A stretch of DNA of 64,000 bases, taken from NCBI RefSeq assembly GCF_009914755.1, contig NC_060929.1, one strand, 5' to 3'. Source of the DNA: the human T2T-CHM13v2.0 reference genome, Homo sapiens. A model generated the notes under the pieces. It did no database searches and was not told where the DNA came from. It saw only the letters and a list, made by a program, of their open reading frames with translations. The position numbers were made by a program, and so were the translations under genes. Shown here piece by piece: positions 56,268 through 64,000 of this stretch (positions are counted from its first letter, which is position 1; every line of letters begins with the position of its first letter).

Positions 56268-56817
56268 ATATTTTCTTTGAGTCTTTCCAATAGTGTGTAT
56301 CTTATCCTGTCTTGGATTATTGTTTTTGTCCACTTATCTAACTCATTATGTGCTAGCTCAAATATGCTTAAATGATATTCTATACAGTTAGTATAGGGCT
56401 CAAGCAAATGTTTGTTTAACTGAATTAAACTCCCTTTTTCCTGCCTTCTTTTTCGATAGGCACAATGATTAGCAGCTAAAGTTTTCAATGATGATGGCAT
56501 CTTTTATTTCTTCATATGCTTGCAACATTAACTACTTATGTTAAGTCCACTTCTAATATTAAGTTAATCTATATTCATAACCATTCATAACTTTATCTTT
56601 TACTTATGTTTTATAAAATATTCTGAATGACATGTTTAATTTTTTATCATGAGTGGACAGGATCATTTCTGTTGGGAGCATTCATTGTGTTTTTTTGAGA
56701 GCAATGCTATAAATATTTTTGTCTAGTTCATTTGTTTAACATGATTCTCTGATTACTGGGCACCGACTTGTCCTTCTTCCAACCGTTGGAAAGTTGAGCA
56801 GGAATCGCAGCAGCGGT

Positions 56818-57480
56818 TGTCATAGGTGTTAGAACCAGAGTGACTCCATTTTGGGTGAGGGCTAGGAAATTGAAACTGAGACTCCATTTTGAGTGAGGGC
56901 TAGGAAAATGAAACTGCGACTCCATTTTGAGTGAGGGCTGGAAAATGAAACTGAGACTCCATTTTGAGTGAGGGCTGGAAAATGAAACTGGACTTTATTT
57001 TGAGTGAGGGCTAGAAAATGAAACTGAGACTTGCTAGGCTGCATTCTCAGAAAGTTAGGCATTCCGAGGCTCTAGATGTTTAAGGTTAAGGGGACAAATT
57101 AATAATGTTTACTAAACAAACCCAAACTTGGGAGTGTCCAGATATCCTGATATCTGGACATCAAAGGCATTCCTAATTTTGCTTTAAAGATAAGAGTATT
57201 GAATCTTGCAAAATACAGTAGTTAAGAAAATTAATCCTTTATCACAAATCCTTGTAGCAGAGCACACCTCCCCATAGATACAAGCATTGTACCTAGGGTG
57301 GATGTGTTCCTCCTCTTACTTTCAGGAACATCCTACTCAATGGAGTAGCTGTCCTTTCACCACTTTACTTTCCTAATAAACTTGCTTTGACTTTGCACTG
57401 TGGAATAGCCCTGAATTCTTTCTTGCGTGAGATCCAAGAACCCTCTCTTGGGGTCTGGATCAGAAACCTTTCCTGTAACA
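56818..57480 (+). mobile_element. ERV1 solo LTR (MER41 family) with internal tandem expansion
   Basis: TGTCA...gaaccagagtgactccatttt ... aataaacttgcttt...gagatccaagaaccctctcttggggtctggatc...TAACA; 4-bp TSD CGGT at 56814-56817 and 57481-57484. Confidence 0.85.
56842..57052. promoter_or_regulatory. Five tandem 36-38 bp units each with an ISRE (GAAANTGAAACT), plus a GAS site (TTCTCAGAA)
   Basis: ISRE matches at 56866, 56904, 56941, 56978 and 57014; GAS at 57044-57052. Motifs are seen directly; function is untested. Confidence 0.6.
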
Positions 57481-58478
57481 CGGTTACTGAGGACCTGTGG
57501 ATGATGTGGACAAATCCTGTTACATTCCCTGCTGCCGCTTTCTCACCTGTTAAGTGGGATTTATAATACCTGTCTTATCTACATCATGAAGTTGTTTTGG
57601 GAAAAAGTGAAAAAGTAACGATGTACTTTGACATGCCCAAGCACATTCTGGAATGATTATGATGATACGCTTCTTCTAAGGAGAGAAGTGGCAAACGCAC
57701 AAGCCCTGTGCTGTGGCTGTGGCTGACCCCATTCTTCACAGTGACCTTCTCCTGGACCTTGATTCAGCCTCAGAAGCTTTCTCAACACAGTACCAAGAGA
57801 TTAAATTTGGCACAGGATGTAAATTTGCTTTAGAAAGCATGTTTTAGGCGACCCAAGAGATGTTCAATATGATTGAGCTGAAATACTCTATGCAGAGGGT
57901 ATTTGCAAAAAGTACTGGGTCCCTGGCTTCTTCCCCGCCCTTGCCCACACACGTCTACAAGCACATCTCTGTTCACTCACACAGAGGCCAGTCCCTCAAC
58001 CTCGCTGTCTGCTTTTTACAAAAAGCTTCCCCTTCTTGCCCTTTCTCCTTGCCCTGAGACCCAACCTTCCCTCTCAGGCTCACTGATGGAGTCCAGAGCA
58101 CAGACACAGCCTGGGGTCAGAGGGAGCAAGCACAGGTGGCTTCTGAACAAGGTTTCATCTCCTACTCATGCTCCTAGCTGAATCTCCAGAGGAAATGGAT
58201 TATAAATAAATGTCTGTAAGATTGACTTGCTTGATTACATTTCTCTAATCTGTCATTTTGCTTTTTAAATTAAAATTCTTTTTTTTCCCCCTGAAAACAC
58301 ATTATTACATTTGTGGTTAGGTTGTACATCTTGAAACCCTTTATTCTGCCCCAACCACTACTTGGAAACTTATAATTAAGTAACCTGGCATGCTTTCATA
58401 AGAAGTGGAAATTTTCTAAGAACACAATGTGTTGGTGGATGTATCCTGAGAGAGATTTCCTAGTTAAAAAAAAATTAA

Positions 58479-58820
<342 letters not shown>

Positions 58821-59222
58821 AGAAAGAGGTAGAAGTTTCAAAACCAAAGAAAAGTTTGTTAAGGAAATTAACACAAGAGTAACATTCTTAAGAGAATGTA
58901 CTAACACAATGCACTAAGTCATTTGCCATTTGCCCAGTGAAATGAGTTTTTTCTCCTATGTCTTTTCCGATAGTCTTTCTGCTACATCTTTGCCACAGAC
59001 TGCTGGGCTTTGGAAGCAAATAAGAGAACCTCTGCAAAATTGCTGTAAGCAATTAAGAAGAGACTTCTAATTCTGCTAATGGGAGACTAGATAATGAAGA
59101 CTAGTCTTCCTACCAGGAACAATTAGAAAAACTGAACACAACATAAAGAAAAAAAAAAAAAGCTCATCTATCTGTTTAAAACTTTGGAGAACTTCCAAGA
59201 CAGCAAGAACTCGAAGGCCAAC

Positions 59223-61523
59223 TGATGTGGTTTGGTGCTGTGTCCCCACCTAAATCTCACTTTGAATTGTAGTTCCCATAATCCCCATGTGTCATGGGAG
59301 GCACCCAGTGGGAGGTAATTTAATCATGGGGGCAGTTACCCTCATGCATTCTCATGATAGTGAGTGAGTTCTCATGAGATCTGATGGTTTTATAAGGAGC
59401 TTCTCCCCCTTTTGCTTGGCATTTCTTGCTGCCACCATGTGAAGAAGGACATATTTGTTTCCCCTTCCACCAAGGTTGTAAGTTTCCTGAGGCTTCTCCA
59501 GCTCTGCAGAACTGGAGTCCATTAAACCTCTTTCCTTTATATCTTGCCCAATCTCAGATATTTCTTCTTAGCAGCAGGAGAACATACTAATACAGTAAAT
59601 TGGTACCGAGGTAGTGGGGAGCTGCTGTAAAGACAGCCAAAAATGTGGAAGTGACTTTGGAACTGGGTAACAGGCAGAGGTTGAAACAATTTGGAGGGCT
59701 CAGAAGAAAACAGGAACAATTTGGAGGACTCAGAAGAAAAGTGTGACACTTCCTAGAGATTTGTTGAATGTCTTTGACCAAAATACTGATAGTGATATCA
59801 GCAGTGAAGCCCTGGCTGAGGTGGGCTCAGATGGAGATGAAGAACTTGTTGGGAACTGGAATAAAGGTGACTCTTGCTATGTTTTAGCAAAGAGACTGGT
59901 GGCATTTTGCCCCTGCCCTAGAGATCTGTGAAACTTTGAACTTGAGAGAGATGATCTAGGGTATCTGGCAGAAGAAATTTCTAAGCAGCAAAGCATTTAA
60001 GAGGAAGCAGAGCTTAGAAGTTTTGAAAATTTGCAGCCAGATGATGTGATAGAAAAGAAAAATCAATTTTCTGGAGAGAAATTCAAGCCAACTGTAGAAA
60101 TTTGCATGAGTAATGAGGAACCGAATGTTAATCACTAAGACATTGGAGAAAATGTCTTCAGGGCATGTCAGAGACCTTTGCGGCAACTCCTCCCATCACA
60201 AGACTGGAGGCCTATGAGGAAAAAATGGTTTTGCGGGCTGGACCCAGGGCCCCCTCTGCTGTGTGCAGCCTAGGGACTTGGTGCCCTGCATCCCAGCAGC
60301 TCCAGCCATGGCTAACAGGTGACCAAGGTACAGTTCAGGACATGGTTTCAGAGGGTGCAAACCCCAAGCCTTGGCAGCTACCAGTGTTGTTGAGCCTGTG
60401 GGTGCATGGAAGTCAAGAATTGAAGTTTGGGAACCTCTGCTTAGATTTCAGAGGATGTATGGCAACCCCTGGATATCTAGGCAGAAGTTTGCTGCAGGGA
60501 CACAGCCCTCATGGAAAACCTCTGTTAGTGCAGTGCAGAAGGGAAATGTGGGGTTGGAGCCCCCACTCAGAGTCCTCACTGAGGCACTGCCTAGTGGAGC
60601 TGGGAGAAGAGGGCCACTGTCCTTCAGGACCCAGAATGGTAGATCCACCAACAGCTTGCACCATGCACCTGGAAAAGCTGTAAGCACTCAACACCAGCCT
60701 GAGGAGGCAGCCAGGTGTGTGTGTGGGGGGTGTACCCTGCAAAGCAACAGGGCTGGAGCTACTCAAGGTTGTGGGAGCCCATCTCTTGCATCAGCATGGT
60801 CTGGATGTGACAAGGAATCAAAGTAGATCATTTTGGAGCTTTAAGTTTTGGCTGCCCCACTGTATTTCAGACTTGATGGGGCCTGTAGCCCCTTTGTTTT
60901 GGCCAATTTCTCCCATTTGGAATGGGTGTATTTACCTAATGCCTGTACCCCCATTGCATCTAGGAAGTAACTAACTTGCTTTGATTTTACAGGCTCATAG
61001 GCAGGAGGTACTTGCCTTGTCTCAGATGAGACTTTGGACTTGGACTTTTGGGTTAATGCTAGAATGAGTTAAGACTTTGGGGGACTGTTGGAAAGGAATG
61101 ATTGTGGTTTGAAATGGGAGAACATGAGATTTGGGCAGGGCCATGGTGGAATGATATGGTTTAGCTCTGTGTCCCCACCCAAATCTCACCTTGAATTGCA
61201 GTTCCCATAATCCCCTTGTGTCATGGGAGGGACCCAGTGGGAGGTAATTTAATCATGGGGGCAGTTACTTTCATGTTGTTCTCATGATAGTGAGTGATTT
61301 TTCATGAGATCTGATGGTTTTATAAGGGGATCCCCCCCTTTCACTTGGCACTTCTTGCTGCAGCCATGTGAAGAAGAACGTATTTGCTTCCCCTTCCACC
61401 ATGATTGTAAGTTTCCTGAGGTCTCCCCAGCACTGCACAACTGGAGTCAATTAAAACTCTTTCCTTTATAAATTGCCCAATCTTGGGTATTTCTTCACAG
61501 AAGTGTGAGAATGGACTAATACC
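59223..61523 (+). mobile_element. Full-length THE1 (MaLR) element, LTR-int-LTR
   Basis: LTRs 59223-59594 and 61152-61523; internal region starts GTAAATTGGTACC; TSD CCAAC/CCAAG. Confidence 0.9.
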
Positions 61524-62339
61524 CCAAGATTATGGGAAGGCGATTACAGTGAAGAAACCCTGACATTAGGTGCCACTTTTTCCTTCAGGGCATTTGTAGT
61601 AACCAAATTTTGAGAATCTGAACAGAGCTCTCAGCAGGCTCCCAGACCTGGAAAAACAAATATCAGATATCAGAGACCACTGTGAAAAAGAGGTTCTGGG
61701 AAATACCCCATGCTTTCAGTTGGAAATCTTGCAGAATAACATGTAAGAGTAAGGATTAACCATAAATGGAACAGGCCCCAGAGAGACTGAAGCCCAGCTG
61801 GGAATCAGCTCAGTCCTCTTTTGGATTAAGGTCATCTAGCCCTACCCTGACTCCCCTTCTAAAGCAAAAGTAAGTGTTCCCCAGAGAATGATAGCATAGA
61901 TCAGTCCCTCACATGATTTCTAATTTTCCATACATAATGTACTAAATAAAGTTAAAAATAACAGATAAAAACAGATAAGAATAGACCAAAACCAAACAGA
62001 AAATACTAGACAACAGGAACAGAAGCGCAGGAAATCCAGATATCAAAATTATCAGAAATAGACTTTAAAGTAACTATGATTAATATGCTCAAGAATTAAA
62101 AGTCAAGTTGGAGAATTTCACCAGAGAAAAAGAGAATAGGTGAAAGACAATGAAAAGAATGAACCATAGAAAAAATAAATGATGAAAAATGTGGCAAAGA
62201 ATAAAGAGAAATATTCACAAAAATGAAAGGTCTAACATTCATAGAATTGAGTTCCCAAAGGTGAGCAAACAGAGTCAACAGCAGTCTTAAAAGAGATAAT
62301 GGCTGAAGATTTTCTTTTTAAAAAAATATTTACCTACAT

Positions 62340-64000
62340 GTTTATTTTATTTTATTTTATTTTAAAAACTTTTATTTTTGGTTCAGGGGTACATGTGCAG
62401 TTTTGTTATATAGGTAAACTCATTTCATGGGGGTTGTTGTATAGATTCTTTAATCACCAAGGCACTAAGACTAGTACTGAAGAATTATTTTTTCTGAGCC
62501 TCTCCCTCTTCCCACCCTCCACTCTTAGGTAAGCCCCAGTGTGTGTTGCTCCCTTCTTTGTGTCCATGTGTTCTCATCATTTATCTCCCATTTATAAGTG
62601 AGAACATGCAATATTTGGTTTTTCTGTTCCTGAAATAGTTTGCTAAGGGTAATGGCCTCCAGCTCCAACCATGTTCCTGCAAAGGACATGCTCTTGTTCT
62701 TTTTTATGCCTGCATAGTATTCCATGGTGTATATATACCATATTTTCTTTATCCAATCTGCCATTGATGGGCATTTTGGTTGCTTTCATGTCTTTGCTAT
62801 GTAGAATAGTGCTGCAATGAACATATGCATGCATGTGTCCTTATGAGAACTATTTGTGTTCTTTGAGTATATACCCAGTAATAGGATTGCTGGGTCAAAT
62901 AATAGTTCTGTTTTTAGCTCTTTGAGGAATCATCATACTGCTTTTCACAATAGTTGAAATAATTTGCACTCTTACCAACAGTGTATAAGCATTCCCTTTT
63001 CTCCACAACCTCACCAGCATTTGTTATTTTTTGATTTTTTAAAATTATTTTTAATTTTTTAATGTTTTATTTTTTTTTTGAGATGGAGTCTAGCTCTGTC
63101 GCCCAGGCTGGAGTGCAGTGGTGCGATCTTGGCTCACTGCAATCTCCCCTTCCGGGTTCCTGCCATTCTCCTGCCTCAGCCTTCCGAGTAGCTGGGACTA
63201 CAGGCACCCGCTACCATGCCTGGCTAATTTTTTGTATTTTTAGTAGAGACGGGGTTTCACCGTGTTAGCCAGGATGGTCTCAATCTCCTGACCTCATGAT
63301 CCACCCGCCCTGGCCTCCCAAAGTGCTGGGATTACCAGAGTGAGCCACCGCGCCCAGCCTTGACTTTTTAGTAATAACCATTCTGACTGGTATGAGATAA
63401 TTATCTCATTGTGGTTTTGATTTGCATTTCTTTAATGATCAGTGATGTTGAGCCTTTTTTTTTCATATACTTGTTAGTCACTCGTATGTCTTCGTTTGAA
63501 AAATATCCATTCATGTCCTTTGCCCACTTTTTAATGAGTTTTTTTCATGTAAATTTAAGTTCCTTATAGGTGCTAGATATTAGACTTTTGTTTGCAAATA
63601 TTTCCTCCCATCCTGTAGGTTGTCTGTTTACTTTTTTGATAGTTTCTTTTGCTGTGCAGAAGCTCTTAAGTTTAATTAGATCTCATTTGTCAATTTTTGC
63701 TTTTGTTGTGATTGCTTTTGGTGCCTTCATCATGAAATCTTTGCCAGTTCCTATATCCAGAATGGTATTGCCTAGGTTGCCTTCCAGGGCTTTTATGGTT
63801 TTAGGTTTTACATTTAAGTCTTTAATCCATCTTGAGTTAATTTTTGTATATGGTGTAAGGAAGGGGTCTAGTTTCAATCTTCTGCATATGGCTAACCAGT
63901 TATTCCAGCACCATTTATTGAATAGGGAGTCCTTTCTCCATTGCTTGTTTATGCCAGCTTTGTTGAAGATCAGATAGTTATAGGTGTGGGACCTTATTTC
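62340..64000 (-). mobile_element. L1 (old L1PA/PB) 3' portion running off the window
   Basis: Reverse ORF2 fragments ([24 protein letters not shown]; WYIYTMEYYA), T-rich tail near 62340-62380. Confidence 0.9.
63065..63360 (-). mobile_element. Alu (AluY-like) nested in L1
   Basis: Reverse dimer with ccattctcctgcctc and cgtgttagccaggatggtctc; flanking TTTGA(T/C)TTTTTA duplication. Confidence 0.9.

Noticed and set aside
56842-57027. 36-38 bp repeats of CRISPR-repeat length
   Set aside because: Contiguous tandem units without spacers inside an LTR.
60165-60974. 150-170 aa ORFs
   Set aside because: Remnants of the THE1 internal region, broken across frames.

Overview
Primate, most likely human, genomic DNA. 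There are no prokaryotic features, CRISPR arrays or tRNA/rRNA genes. Positions 1-23.8 kb hold the last six coding exons (the first cut by the window edge), stop codon and 3'UTR of a + strand gene whose spliced protein (...ICRQLGDLERARLFCYSLLKE/DFPESEKLTLF.../...EVSALSTEELG*) I recognise from memory as ICE1 (KIAA0947, little elongation complex scaffold). The rest is intergenic and repeat-rich: a GGAA/GGAG polypurine tract, an orphan CpG island with a GC-box tandem repeat, local direct duplications of 543 bp and 198 bp, a 5'-truncated UQCRB retrocopy, a two-LTR HERV-H/LTR7 provirus nested in an L1, solo LTRs (MST, MLT2, LTR8-like, MER41-like), a full THE1 element, Alus, L1s and DNA-transposon fossils. 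The most striking item is the MER41-like solo LTR, in which a 37-38 bp unit carrying a consensus ISRE is amplified five times next to a GAS site, a candidate interferon-responsive enhancer. Also notable are an ICE1-intronic 18-bp minisatellite whose core matches the U1 snRNA 5' end, and several short sequences apparently copied from nearby DNA. Repeat subfamily names and identity counts are by-eye calls without database searches.
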